Notes under the pieces: generated by a model
Seen by the model: only the letters and a program-made list of their open reading frames with translations
The model's database searches: none
Told to the model about the DNA's origin: nothing
Part shown: piece after piece, positions 23,950 through 38,400 of the stretch
How the letters are laid out: every line of letters starts with the position of its first letter
Numbering within the stretch: position 1 is the stretch's first letter
Translations under genes and position numbers: made by a program
Origin: Squalus acanthias
Taxonomy: Eukaryota
Direction: 5' to 3'
DNA length: 64,000 bases
Assembly: GCA_030390025.1 (NCBI GenBank)
Contig: CM059431.1
Location: 130,884,001 to 130,948,000, forward strand

Positions 23950-24745
23950 CAGTAGAATTTACAGCACAGAAACAGGCCAGTGTTTATGCTCCAAACAAGC
24001 CTCCTCTGATCTTACTTCACCTCACCCTATCAACATAGCCTTCTATTCTTTTCTCTCTTCTGTACTTATCTAGCTTCCCCTTAAATGCACTCCATGTGGT
24101 AGCGAGTTCCACATTTACATCACTCTCTGAGTAAAGATGTTTCTCCTGAGTTCCTTATTGGATTTATTAATGACTATCTTATATTTTTGACCCCTAGTCT
24201 TGAACACCCCCAAAATTAGAAACATCTTCTCCAAGACTACCCTATTGAGCCCATTCCTAATTTTAAAGACCTCTATCAGGTCACCTCTCAGTCTTTTCTT
24301 TTTTCTCAAAGAAAAGAGTCCCGGCCTGTTAAATCTTTCCTGATAGTTGTACCCTGTCAGTTCTGGTATCATCCTTGTAAATCTTTTTTGCATCTTCTCC
24401 AATGCTTCTATATCCTTTTTGTAATATGGAGGCCAGAACTGTGCACAGTATAAATGTGGTCTAACCAAGGTTCTATATAAGTTTAACATAACTTCTCTGC
24501 TTTTGAATTCTATTCCACTAGAAATGAACCCCAGTGCTTTGTCCGCATTTTTATGGCTTTGTTAACCTGTGCTGCTACTTTTAATGATTTGTATATCTGT
24601 TCCCCTAGATCCCTATGCGCCTCTACCCATTTAGACTCCTATGTTCCAAGGAGCAGGTGGCCTCCTTATTCCTCTTACTAAAATGCACCACCTCACACTG
24701 ATCTATATTGAAAATCAATAGCCATTTACACACCCATTCTGCAGG
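23950..24745 (-). mobile_element. CR1 LINE fragment
   Basis: LYRTLVRPHL...LEKMQKRFTRMIP. Confidence 0.88.
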
Positions 24746-25396
24746 TTTCTTCGTGATTTCCACCATACTTTGAAAAAAGCCTGGAGATTGAATTGTCAAA
24801 GCTTTAATAAAGGCAAGCCTGATATTTATTTAAATTTCGTAACAAATGTGGATTTTCTATTGCGACCACACACAGTCAGACAATATTTGTATTCAGCAGC
24901 ATCTGTGATCAGCAGTGCCTATAATAGTGATTACTTTATTGACTAATAGAAAACAAAACAAAGAAATTGTTCATTGAGAATGGATTTCTTTTTGGTCACT
25001 CGCCTTTTTATTAGTCGGAAATTTAGTTTAAAAAATCTCTCCTGAACCATTCATGAGATTTAACATATTTTTTCTGTATCAAAACTTAGAAAATGTACAC
25101 ATGGTGACTTTTGAGCATCTTATGAGATAACTTTTGTTTGTTTATGGAAATTTATGCTTATTATGTGATGTCGCTGATGCATGCTGGGACACATCAGGAC
25201 AAAGCACACTCTAGCCCGTTAATTTCCATCCATCAATTTTAAAAATCAGAAAATTTACCGTTAAGGCAGAAACAGAAACAAAGGAACCATCAGATATTAG
25301 GGAAAACAATGGGAAAGTACCTAAGGAGGCAAAAGGGGCTGTAGACAAATCAGGAAACATAGATGATGGGCAAAAATGTGGTAGGGAGTTGGAGCC

Positions 25397-26287
25397 TGAT
25401 GAGGATACAGAGAAACTCCAGTATGATTTGGACAGGTTGGGTGATTGGGCAGATGCATGGCAGATGCAGTATAATGTGGATAAATGCGAGGTTATCCACT
25501 TTGGTGGCAAAAACAGGAAGGCAGATTATTATCTGAACGGCAATAGATTGGGAAAAGGTGAAGTGCAACGAGACCTGGGTGTCCTTGTGCACCAGTCGCT
25601 GAAGGTAAGCATGCAGGTGCAGTAGGCGGTTAAGAAGGCAAATGGTATGTTGGCCTTAATAGCGAGAGGATTTGAGTACAGGAGCAAGGATGTCTTGCTG
25701 TAGTTGTACAGGGCCTTGGTGAGACCACACCTTGAGTATTGTGTGCAGTTTTGGTCACCTTATCTGAGGAAGGATGTTCTTGCCATGGAGGGAGTGCAGC
25801 GAAGATTCACCAGACTGATACCTGGGATGGCAGGAATGACGTATGAAGAGAGAGTGGGTCGATTAGGCTTATGCTCGCTGGATTTTAGAAGAATGAGAGG
25901 GGATCTCATTGAAACTTATAAAATTCTAACAGGACTAGACAGACTAGATGCAGGAAGGCTGTTCCCGATGGCGGGGGAGTCCAGAACCAGGGATCACAGT
26001 CTAAGGATAAGGGATAAGCCATTTAGGACTGAGATGAGGAGGAATTTCTTCACCCAGAGAGTGGTGAACCTGTGGAATTCTCTACCACAGAAGGCAGTTG
26101 AGGCCAATTCATTAAATATATTCAAGAGATAGATATATTTCTTAAGGCTAAGGGGATCAAGGGATATGGGGAGAAAGCAGGGACAGGGTACTGAATTTGG
26201 ATGATCAGCCATGATCGCATTGAATGGCGGAGCAGGCTCGAGGGGCCGAATGGCCTACTCCTGCTCCTATCTTCTATGTTTCTATGA
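25397..26287 (+). mobile_element. CR1 LINE 3' portion
   Basis: WQMQYNVDKCEVIHFG, YRALVRPHLEYCVQFWSP, 3' UTR ending TTCTATGTTTCTATG. Confidence 0.95.
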
Positions 26288-26799
26288 TTTTAAAGGAGAA
26301 AAGTGTTGTTTGGGACCAATTCTGTTGCGCTACCCTCCCTTACAAGGCTCCTAAGATCCTGCTCACCATAATACTGACTGATCCCAGCGACCCCCAATGC
26401 TGCCATACTCTGCCCCTCCCACCCATCTTCTGAAACGTCTTCTTCCATCTCCAGATCCTGGGAACCTAGCTCATTGTGACAAACCCCTAGACCACATTCT
26501 CGGTGTTCCCTATCCCAGAAATACCCCTCAGACCACCCTCCCCAGTGCTCACACCTGAGGACCCACTTTCAGTAATCCCCAAATCCCAGAATCTGTTCCT
26601 ACAAAACTATCTCTTCAGCGGTCCTGGACCCTCCCCCCCCACCCCCGGTGCTCCGACACTCTGCAACCCCCTTAAAATACTGCTAGACCCTGAGATCCCA
26701 ACCAAGTACTGCCAATTCCTGAGCCCCCTAGTTCCCAAGCCACCCAATGATGATTAGTCAGTATCCTGATAATGCTACTTGGCATAAGACCCTTGCTAC

Positions 26800-26935
26800 A
26801 TTGGAACTTGGAACAGGAGCAGGCCATTCAGCCCCTCGAGCCTGTTCCGCCATTCAATTAGATCATGGCTGGTCTGTATCTCAACTCCATTTACCCGCCT
26901 TGTTCCATATCCCTTAATATCCATACTTAACAAAA
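26800..26935 (-). mobile_element. CR1 3' UTR fragment
   Basis: Reverse complement of the 3' UTR seen at 26150-26270. Confidence 0.75.
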
Positions 26936-26940
26936 ATCAT

Positions 26941-28564
26941 GGGATAGAGTTTCCGCTTTGGGCACAAGCGACGATCTGATTGCAAATTGCGCCCAAAATT
27001 GCTCTAGTTTTGAGAAGTGTTTTTTTACCTCATGTTTCTGCTCAAACTCATTTGCATATTGGTGAATGCAATATCTGCAATGAACCAGCGCAATCCGGCA
27101 GCGTTTTAGAATGCAATTTTTTAAAATAATTTTTTGCTAAAAAAATATTCCTTGCTATATTTCAGTGTGGTAACTTGGTGCACTTTGACTAATACAGCTG
27201 AAAATGGGGTTATCACAAAAAATAAGTATTTTAATCAGAATGTCTATTCCACCACCTGCAAGTAACCCGATTTTAAATAACTGAAAATAACTTTAAAAAA
27301 CTATACGGACCATTTACCAGTTATATTGGTGTACAGTAAACAGTTTCTTAGTAAATTAAAAAATATATATATTCAAAAGCTTTTAAAATATGGGGGAAAA
27401 ATTCAGTCGCGCCCCATTTGGGGCGCAAATATCGGCCGGGCGCAAAGATTAGCGCCTGGTGCTAATTATCGCCACCGACTGCAAACTTCACTTTTATCGC
27501 CCCTGGAGGTGATTGCAGCGCTAAATCAGGCGCTTCACACCTGTCTCAAGGCGCAAAGGCTGAGGAGCGAGGCGCTACCTCAGAGCGCTGGCGAAGCTCA
27601 TGTAATGTCAGTCAGCAATGGAACACACACACAATGGCATGGGCCAGTTCTTAAAGGGGATGGTTAATCTTGCTTTCCATCCACATCCTGCTCATTGCAG
27701 CCATGAATCTCGGCCTGGAGAGACCTGCACATCAAATCTGCTGGAAAGAACAATGGAGAGTACCAGGCCAAGAGCTCAGAGTGCAGCCCCCACAGTCTCT
27801 GCTAAATCGATACAAGGAATGGCAAATCAAAATGAACCTGCAAAGTGCTGCTCAGTACCCAAAACTCCTTCACCCAACGTTGAATCTCTCCAGAAGTCTC
27901 TACCTCTCTCTCTCAGAATGCGTAGTTCAAAAATGGCACCAACAATAAAAGGCAGGAAGCGGTCACCTTTAAATAGCGCTCCCCCTTTCCCTTCATGACT
28001 GCAGAACGCTCCCCTCAACCTGTCGTTGCTAGCGTCAGGCGGTAAGGCAGGGGGCGCCACTCAATATCCGCTCCGGGGCGATACCGGGGCGTTGCGCACT
28101 CGAGTGACGTCATGATCTGCCGGCGCAGGAGATCGTGGCGGTAGTGTTTAGCGCCGCCGCAAAATGTCTAGTTAATTTCGCGAGCGGCGCAAACTTCGCC
28201 GCGCCCGGGCGCTAGATGCTTTGCGCCCCATTAGCGCCCTCTTAAGGCGCTAACGGGAGGCGCAACCAACTGAATTTTCCCCCCCAAAAGAACCAGCTTA
28301 ATTTTTAGAGCCTCCTCAAAGGCCCGCAAATGAGGGCAATTAGCAGAAACTCCCAATGGTGATTGATACAATATGGGGGCATAGCCAGTTTTGTGGCCAG
28401 CTTCTTGCACAATGTTTTTTAAACAAGTGCAAAAGATCGTAGAAACTCGATTTGTGCTGATCGTAATTTGCGCTTAAATTTCCACGATCTTTTGTGATCG
28501 TTTCATCAATTTCAGGCCAATTACACCAAAAAAAAATAGCGCAACCAAGCACAAAATCCAGGCC
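26941..28564. mobile_element. Older Harbinger-type MITE hosting a younger MITE
   Basis: Imperfect TIR-like ends GGGATAGAGTTTCCGCTT / AAGCACAAAATCCAGGCC. Confidence 0.5.
27392..28284 (+). mobile_element. ~890 bp Harbinger-type MITE, copy 1
   Basis: TIR GGGGGAAAAATTCAGT / ACTGAATTTTCCCCC; near-identical to 41526-42417 and 43020-43912. Confidence 0.9.
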
Positions 28565-28914
28565 TTGTTGTCAACACCATTGCGGATCAGCTAGGATATG
28601 CAAAAATTTGCAAGATGCTGAATCATTTTTTTTAATTAATATTTTTTTTTACATTTTCTTCCTTCCTTCTTGTAACTTGTTGCGTGTGACCTTTTTGCAA
28701 TTGAAGAACTCACTCTTTGTGAGGAACGTGGCATCAGGTCAAGAAAGTTTGAATATGGAATTAGTTCGATTTTATGGTCCCAAGTGGGATGGTGAGAAAA
28801 GTAGTTCTGCAGCAGCAGTAGTGCCTGAGGAGAGCGATTCAGAAGAAAGCAGAATCACCTGATGGCAGCAAATGCAAACAGCAACAGAGAGAGAGAGAGA
28901 GAGAGAGAGCACCA

Positions 28915-30712
28915 CTAGCATACGGATACCAGTAGTAGGCAAAATGCTAGAATCCATTATTTGGGACGTGGTAACAGGGTACTTAGAAAATCATAAAATG
29001 ATTAGGCAGAGTCAACATGGTTTTATGAAAGGGAAATCATGTTTGACAAATCTGTTAAGAGTTGTTTGAAGATGTAACTAGTAGGATGGATAAGGGGAAA
29101 CCAGTGGATGTAGTGTATCTGGATTTTCAAAAACCATTTGATAAGGTGCCACACAAGAGGTTATTACACAAAATTAGGACTCAGGGTATTGGGGGTAATA
29201 TATTAGCATGAATTGAGGATTGATTAAGGGACAGAAAACAGAGAGTAGGAGGGAAAAATTGAGTCGCGCCCCCTTTGGGGCGCTAACTTCGCCGGGGCGC
29301 TACCTTTAGCGCCCCCGCGGCCAAAATTAATCGGTAGTGCCCCAAGAGGGAAGCGGGCCACTACTGGAAGCACCCCGCCTCCTTCTTGGGGCGCTGCGAG
29401 GAAATATCGCGCGCTACGTGCCGTGGTACTGCAGGCCTTCCTCCCCTTCTTAGAGGGGCCTTGCGCAGCGCGACCCGGGGCCCAGCTGGGCCACCAGGGA
29501 TTGGAGTGCCGGCAAAAGAGCCCGCCACTCAAGAGAAGTGCCAGGCTCACGGAGCGCAGCCGGCACTCGGGGGGGCTGAAGAGGAGGCCAGGGATGGCAA
29601 CGGGGGCAGGTGCTGGCAGGCCGCCCCAGCCACAGGTAGGCCCCCCTGACCCCGTCGGATATAGCGCCCGGTGGTAAGTCAGGGGGCGCTACCGAAGATC
29701 GTGGCCGGGGCGCGAGCGGGGCGCTGTGCACGGCGATGATGTTATCGCCGGCGGCGCAGCGCCGCAGGGCGCTAATGGTTACCGCCGCCGCTAACCTCCC
29801 GCTGAATTTCGTGGAAGGCGTTGGCGGCGATGCGCCCGGGCGCTAGTTGCTTTGCACCCCGTTAGCGCCCTCTTGGGGTACTAGTGGGGTACCGCAAGGA
29901 TCAGTGCTTGGGCCTCAGCTATTTACAATCTATATTAATGACTTCGATGAAGGGACTGAGTGTAACGTATCCAAGTTTGCTGATGATACAAAGTTTTTAG
30001 GTGGAAAAGTAAGCTGTGAGGAAGACGCAATGAGGCTGCAGAGAGATATAGACAGATTGACTAAGTGGGCAAGAACATGGCAAATGGAATACAATGTGGG
30101 GAAGTGTGAAGTTATCCACTTTGGTAGGAAAAACAAAAAAGCAGAATATTTTTTGAATGGTGAGAGACTGGGAAATGTTGCACTTAGAGGGACCTGGGTG
30201 TCCTTGTACATGAATCACAGAAAGTTAACATGCAGGTACAACAAGCAATTAGGAAAGCAAATGGTACATTAGCTTTTTGTTACAAAGGGATTAGAGTATA
30301 AGAGTAAAGAATTCTTACTACAATTATACAGGGCATTGGTGAGGCCAGACGTGGAGTACTGAGCACAGTTCTGGTCTCCTTACCTAAGGAAAGACATACT
30401 TGCCTTAGAGGGAGTGTAGCGAAGGTTCACTAGACTGGTTCCTGGGATGAGGGGATTGCCCTATGAGGAGCAATTGAGTAGACTAGGCCTATATTCCTTA
30501 GAGTTTAGAAGAATGAGAGGTGATCTATTTGAAACATTGAAACATAAAATTTTTAGAGGGGCTTGACAGGGTTAATCGTGGGAAAATTTTTTCCCTGGCA
30601 GCGGAATCTAGAACAGGGGGGTCACAGTCAGAGAATAAGGGATAGGCCATTTAGGACTGAGATGAGGAGACACTCAAAGGGTTGTGAATCTTTCGAATTC
30701 TTATGTTCTTAT
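28915..30712 (+). mobile_element. CR1 LINE fragment interrupted by a GC-rich MITE
   Basis: GKMLESII...SQHGFMKGKSCLTNLL; SGVPQGSVLGPQLFTIYINDFDEG...FADDTK. Confidence 0.93.
29248..29878 (+). mobile_element. GC/CpG-rich Harbinger-type MITE related at its ends to the 890 bp family; right end truncated
   Basis: Starts GGGAAAAATTGAGTCGCGCCCC and ends GTTAGCGCCCTCTT, as in copy 1. Confidence 0.75.
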
Positions 30713-30729
30713 ATTTTTATAAAGAATAT

Positions 30730-32356
30730 AGATACACACAGAGACAGCGAGAGTGAACCACAGATACACACAGAGACAGCGAGAGTGAGCCACAGATACA
30801 CACAGAGACACCGAGAGTGAAGCACAGATACACACAGAGACACTGAGAGTGAACCACAGATACACACAGAGACACTGAGAGTGAAGCACAGATACACACA
30901 GAGACACTGAGAGTGAACCACAGATACACACAGAGACACTGAGAGTGAAGCACAGATACACACAGAGACACCGAGAGTGAACCACAGATACACACAGAGA
31001 CACTGAGAGTGAACCACAGATACACACAGAGACACTGAGAGTGAACCACAGATACACACAGAGACACTGAGAGTGAACCACAGATACACACAGAGACACT
31101 GAGAGTGAACCACAGATACACACAGAGACACTGAGAGTGAACCACAGATACACACAGAGACACTGAGAGTGAACCACAGATACACACAGAGACACTGAGA
31201 GTGAACCACAGATACACACAGAGACAGCGAGAGTGAGCCACAGATACACACAGAGACACTGAGAGTGAACCACAGATACACACAGAGACACTGAGAGTGA
31301 ACCACAGATACACACAGAGACACTGAGAGTGAACCACAGATACACACAGAGACACTGAGAGTGAACCACAGATACACACAGAGACAGCGAGAGTGAGCCA
31401 CAGATACACACAGAGACACTGAGCGTGAAGCACAGATACACACAGAGACACTGAGAGTGAACCACAGATACACACAGAGACACCGAGAGTGAACCACAGA
31501 TACACACAGAGACACCGAGAGTGAACCACAGATACACACAGAGACACCGAGAGTGAAGCACAGATACACACAGAGACACCGAGAGTGAACCACAGATACA
31601 CATAGAGACAGCGAGAGTGAACCACAGATACACACAGAGACACTGAGAGTGAACCACAGATACACACAGAGACACTGAGAGTGAACCACAGATACACACA
31701 GAGACACCGAGAGTGAACCACAGATACACACAGAGACACCGAGAGTGAACCACAGATACACACAGAGACACTGAGAGTGAACCACAGATACACACAGAGA
31801 CACCGAGAGTGAACCACAGATACACACAGAGACACCGAGAGTGAACCACAGATACACACAGAGACACTGAGAGTGAACCACAGATACACACAGAGACACT
31901 GAGAGTGAACCACAGATACACACAGAGACAGCGAGAGTGAGCCACAGATACACACAGAGACACCGAGAGTGAAGCACAGATACACACAGAGACACTGAGC
32001 GTGAAGCACAGATACACACAGAGACACTGAGAGTGAAGCACAGATACACACAGAGACACCGAGAGTGAACCACAGATACACACAGAGACACTGAGAGTGA
32101 ACCACAGATACACACAGAGACACTGAGAGTGAAGCACAGATACACACAGAGACACTGAGAGTGAAGCACAGATACACACAGAGACACTGAGAGTGAACCA
32201 CAGATACACACAGAGACACCGAGAGTGAAGCACAGATACACACAGAGACACTGAGCGTGAAGCACAGATACACACAGAGACACTGAGAGTGAAGCACAGA
32301 TACACACAGAGACACTGAGAGTGAACCACAGATACACACAGAGACACCGAGAGTGA
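30730..32356. repeat. 32 bp minisatellite, ~51 copies
   Basis: Unit GAACCACAGATACACACAGAGACACTGAGAGT with a few recurrent variants. Confidence 0.97.
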
Positions 32357-32366
32357 CAGATAACAA

Positions 32367-32476
32367 GTGCCGGATTTTAGCGCATGCACTTCACATGCCT
32401 GAAACCGGCGCTTGCGAAGCCCCTATGGGTATGTACACACCTCGTATACACCTTTGGGGGTCAGAAAATCCGGCCC
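32367..32476. mobile_element. Tiny (110 bp) MITE
   Basis: TIR GTGCCGGATTTT / AAAATCCGGCCC. Confidence 0.55.
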
Positions 32477-35400
32477 GATGTGTTTGTTGGATCCAGTGAC
32501 TTTTTTTCGGTTGTTATATTCTTAAGATGCATGACAAATGAGCCTGAACCATGTCAACCCAAATTAAGCCATAGATTTAACATCACATCCATCAGTGGAA
32601 ATCTTGAGATATGTGCATGAACATTTAAAAAAAATTATAGTAGAACCTAAATTACATAAAAGCCAATGACATATAACTGAAAGAATGTTTTCTCATCTCT
32701 GCTCTGACTAAATCGGTAGCAATCCACCCACCTCAAATATTATCAAATGCACTCCAAAATGTAACAAATAATGAACAAAATCTTTACCGACTGATAGGAT
32801 AGCTCAAGAAATTGCATCGTTTCTCTGCCACATAATTTCTTACCTTTGAAAGTAACAAAGGGGCACAAAGGCACAGATATACCCCAGAGATCTTTAATCT
32901 TTTGACACCTGTAATTGGCTCACAAACTGGGGGAAGATTACAGCATTTAGTAATAAGCCACCCTATAGCTATTCTCCAATGTGATCTTTGACTTTCGACA
33001 AGTTCGTGATATCAGCCAAAACTCTGATATGACCAGTCATTTGTCTTGTTTAACTTACACTACTGTCATAGTCCTTGCTGTCTCACTGCAGGAGCTAATG
33101 GTCTCTATTTTATTTCAATTTGCTTGCATTGTAACCATTACTCGTTATGAAAATCACTCACTGAGAAATAGTTCTGGATCCTTCAGTATAGTTGTCTTGT
33201 AGGTTAAACTAGAAAGAGGGAGAAGTGGTCTGTGTCCTGTTCTGCCCACACACAATGCCAGAGGCATTTAAATAAAATAAATGTGACAAAAATGCAGACT
33301 TTCCTTTGAATACTAACATGCACAACTCCTGATGATAATTCAAAATACCAGGCTAAAAATATAACTGATTATACTCTTCCATTCATTGAAGACAGGTTTA
33401 ATAGAATATCCAGAAAAAATCTCAGTGTATGAAGCATTTCTGTTGAGCCATTTGTCTGCAAGTGAAATGTGGACTAGCATTAGCAACACCCACAATTAAG
33501 TCTGAGAAAAGTAACATCAAACTTGCCAGGTATAGGGATCAAAGAATCAGATTAACACCATGACAAAAGATCCAAATGCAAAAAAAATCAGTAAAACATT
33601 TAATGAGAAAGATCAAATATCTTTCCCAGCCAATTGGAGGATTAACTGACATCTGTAAGGAATACAATGAATATAAACTGTATGTATATTATATACATAA
33701 TGTAACTAAGAGTTCCTGAGAGGTTCTCTTTATATCAAAAATTTCTTACAATTTCAACATATTTCTTGGCTCTATTGTGTGATTATACAAGGACGCCTTA
33801 GCCTACTACCTTGAGATTCTTCAGCTTTTGCTAAATTGAACTGTTAAATTTGATTTCAAAAACATTCCTGATCCTACTTAATTATATTCTGAGAGTTTTT
33901 ATGCAATACCTTAGCTGCAGGCAGCAATGTTTGATCTGCCTCCTCTAAATGTCCTCCACCCTCATCCCATATTTCACTTGTATGGACAAGACTATCTAGT
34001 AAATGGGCAGGCAGTTTAATATTAAACTAGACATTTTCAGGAACCACCTGCATTTCGCTTAGGTAAAACTCATCTATTTTTTAATTTACCTTCTCTTTCC
34101 TCCTACTCTTCTGAAAGTGATGAATTATACAGCTGTATAGTTCCATGACCCCTTGCCACAATGGCCATTCTTTCAGGTGTCAAATCCAGATGGTGAGGGG
34201 AAGAAATCAGTATACAATTTGCTCGTTTTTCAAGTGTAAAACGGGCACAACATATATCAATTAGGGCGTGAGGTCCTGCACCCAATCTGCAATGGTGGCA
34301 TGGTCACCACCATGCTGTTTTTAGGCATCCCTAGTGGCCACCTGAAATCGCGTTGGATCAATTTAAATATGCAAAGAAAGCTCCCGCACCTGTTTCTGGA
34401 CTCTTCTGCATAATTCGTGGAAAAACTAGGTACAGCATGGGCCGTGAATGCTTTGACTAGTTTTTCCAGCTTTACAGCAGCCTAGTCCGAAGAAGTGGTA
34501 GGGACAGTTTTTTTTTACTCCCCCTCGTGGAGTTGGAGGAGCAGGAGTAGTCCCCCTGGCTCCACAGCACTACTGTGAGCCACAATGGCGCACGTTTGGT
34601 CCCTCCCCCAACCCCAAATTTTTCTGCATCCCCCTTCCAGGACTTACCTGCGGGCCACTGCCAAGAAGGCAGCAAACCAAAATTCGATCCTTGACGTTGG
34701 GCGAGCTGCTTCTGGCGGCACAAAAGACGCCATGAGGTATAATTCTGGGTGAGCCTCGGGCCTTTGGCTTCTGGCGCCACTTGCAGCGTGTCATCTATCT
34801 TGGGCCTAGAAATGGGACCAAATGAACTTCCAGCCCAACAAATTAGTTGTAGAGAACATCAGAACCAAGCCTAACTATGTCCTCACCCACAAGTACATTT
34901 TCCTAGCAGAGGTCCTTGGATATACCTGGAGCAGGAAACTTGGTGGTCCAGGGATACTGGGGTCAATTACAATGCGCCCACCACTACCTCAGCTGAGATC
35001 AGCTAATTCTACATAAGGATTGAACCTCTTTGCATTTGAGGACTAGGCAATGCATTAGTTAACTGTACTACAGCAGGAAACCTTACAATTCATATGCCCA
35101 ATTTAGGAAAGCAGGTTGATTAAGTGTTCCTCAATATTAATATTGGGTGTGCAATGCATGACATCCTTTGCTATACTGGGGACAAGCTTGTTGGTGCCTG
35201 ACCCAAAGGTGGAAGAGAGATGGAGCTTGTTCACAAGATGAGTTCAAATTGGGTCTTTGCATGACATGCAGATCAGATAACCTTTCAATTTCACACCTGA
35301 ATGCAAGACTGATACAAGTGTAGTGGTGCTTGAACAAGGTGTAGAGGACTTGGTACACATTTATTGTATACATTAGGGGATATGTATAAGGGCTGATTTA

Positions 35401-38400
35401 CTGACCCTTGCATGAGGGAATGCCCATTACCCCAAGCACAAAGTGAGAAAAAGATGCAGAGACCAGGTCCCTGTCCTTTTTACATTGCCACCAGATTTCT
35501 GATGCTTCCCTAAGGGGGCTGAGTTGTACAGTAGGCACAAGGCCATTGCATCTATGGAAATGAGGGAAGAGGTTGTGTTCCCAGCTTCCAGCCACATTTT
35601 CCTGGGACATTACTGGCTGGGTGCTGCAGCACTGGAGCGCCCAGTTAGACATGGCATTGTGGTCTGCTCCCCGGAACCCCACAGGGCAGGTCTGCAGATG
35701 TCCTAGGGCCAGGCCAAAAGTAGGTCTCCATCAACAGCCAGAAGGCTTGGATCTCAGAGCTCTGACCCACCGTAGGCCTGCAGCTGTGCTTAAATTTCCT
35801 GCCCCCACCGTTAACACTAGGCCCCAAGTTGCTAGCATGAACAGATCGTGGTGTTCAAATTTAGGATTTATTCACCATTGAGGCAACAGCACTAAAACTA
35901 GCTCTTTCCAAAGCTCCAAAACCATATTATCTAAACAAAACATTAACTAATAAATTGACGCATAAATGAGTGGCCTTGGCTTTGAGGGTTATATTGCAAC
36001 AGCTTGGGGGCCACTGATTTAAGATAGCTTTTGAAACAAGAGTAAGGGGACAATGAGGGGCTGATCTTTTTGAGAAATCCATGATGCCATGAATATCACC
36101 TACATTCCAACTTTGTTGTTCTAGACTTCCATTGCCAAACTGACAGTCAAGACATCCACTAGAATTCTTAAAACGGTCCAGGCTTAAATGAATGAGATTA
36201 GCCTGAAATGTGGCCTTCTACATCATCCTACAAAACATAACCACACAGTTACACCCAGAGAATTGTTTGTTAATAGTCCAATTAGATAATTGCCATCGTT
36301 CACTCTCAAGACATGTTTCTATGAATTTCAAGGCCCAATTTTATTAAAACATTGTGAAATCCATTGTATAAAGTTTATCTAGAATATACCTATGAATTCT
36401 CATACAGAAACACCTATTCCCTTGGCCTTTTTGCCTTAAAATGCATATTATTCACCACTACCTCAAAAATAGCTTCTGTCTGCAGACATGCCATAACATG
36501 CATATTGTCCATGACCGCTAACATGGCTTCTCACTGCGGGCCTCACTGATAGGGGTTTATTTTAGGCTTTACTTCACCACTGGGTACATATCAAGGTAAA
36601 AATTACTGCCTGTGATGATAGCATTTTAACGTTTGACATACTTGTATCAAATTAACCTCTCTATTTTAACAGTTATTAACCCATTTACAATAAACAGGCT
36701 AACCTTTCTATGAAACTAGTGGAGGGAAGAATTCGACAAGAGTGCGTTAACATTGACAACGGTAACTTCTATCCTATAGCTCCCTGGATGACACTCCAGG
36801 TCAATGCACTTTTCCTACCTCAGTGGAAGCTCCTAGATCATTCTTAACACAACAAAACTCCTGGGCTGACATTCCACGCTCAAAGTATATGAGTGCCCCA
36901 TGCTTAATAGAGTCAAATCATTTCCCTAAATGTACACTTCAGGCTCAGCTGCTGCAGACTTTTTTCCCTGGTGAGGCTCCAGCGCCTGACTCCATAATAT
37001 ACTACAAATGTTGATAGATATTCCTTCTTCCAGTTAAATGATCAGCCTGCATAAATTACTCTTCACTGATATGTACAGATAGGATAAGAAAGGTACTGAG
37101 CCGTCTGCTCCTGATTGGAACTATTGAGAAATACTTTCCTATCTGTGCTCAAGATCGATATTTCTTTGTGTCTATCGGTTTATACAGACTTTGCGAGAGA
37201 GTATTGATCCTTGACAACCCCTGTTTTTCCTTACTGTGTTAAGTACTTCATCAGTCCAGTCAGAACCTGCAATGTAAACATTCTGCATGGTATGCCCTGA
37301 TACAACAGCAGTGGTATTGTTGAGCAATGTTAGATGTAAATGTTTGATTTTGTTGTTGTGGGATCATCAAAATCCACCGAAGTAAAAGTGGGAGAGTACA
37401 TTTGTTACACTCATCTTTGGCTGGTCTGTTAATTAGTATAAGCAACGGAGGGGTGCTGCCTTCCTATGGGTTTATTCTCATTGCCCTGAAAAGGGCAACT
37501 AGATACTTCAAATTTTACTTGGCCTCCAAAGGAGAATTAATTTTTGATTTTAAACAAACTTAGAATCATATTAATCTTTTTCTCCCCCAAACATTAATTA
37601 TAAAGTTGCTCCTCTCTTCCAGAATTGTGAAAGATGACAAAGCCATTTTCTCAAAGAATGGTTTGAAGTTAAATACCTCATTAACTTGATAAAGAATTTC
37701 CAAGGTCATGGGCATGGGGAGATATCAGAAATGTCAGAACGCTGCAGTTAGCTACTGGGTCATGTGTTTATCTTATATAAATTCATGAGGACGTAACTAC
37801 AAAAGTAATGTTGATGAAGATGTGAAATCAGAAAATTGCACCATTATCTCTGTGATAGAAAAAAGGGGTGACATGAAGCATAAATTTAATTCAAAAGAAG
37901 TGCAGAATTATGGCAGCATAAAAGTTCCCAGTGGCTAATAAACCAAGCATATTTTTAGCAGTCAGGTCTCATTTACTTTCCCTTTTAAACATGTTAAAGA
38001 GTTTGTTTGCATAATTAGATATGTAATTCATGAACATTTCTCAGAATTTAAACTGTTAAAACATTTGATATTCCTTCATTAATTACACTGTGTTGGGCCC
38101 ATATATTTTGCACAATCAAGTCAGTAATGTCTAGAAAGCCTGCAGTCAAGTTGTATCTAAATTGATTAATATCTAATTCATTCAGTTTTATGCAGAAACT
38201 TGTAGGAGCATTGGCAATTACTGTGTTCTTCTCTGAAGTATATAACTGACTTTCTATAATATGTATGCCCCTTAATCAGGAACAAGCACCAAACTGAAGT
38301 TGTTCAATTTAATTTGAAAGGATCAAAATTTGTCTAATTTCATTGTTTGAGTCTGATTCCATCAGTACATTTCATCAGCCGTAGAAAAATTCAAACGGCA

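Noticed and set aside
29224..29880. CpG island suggesting a host promoter
   Set aside because: It is a GC-rich MITE inserted in a CR1.
30701..32389. Three 540-560 aa Cys/Val/Ser-rich minus-strand ORFs
   Set aside because: Artefact of a 32 bp tandem unit that lacks stops on that strand; all three frames give the same periodic peptide.
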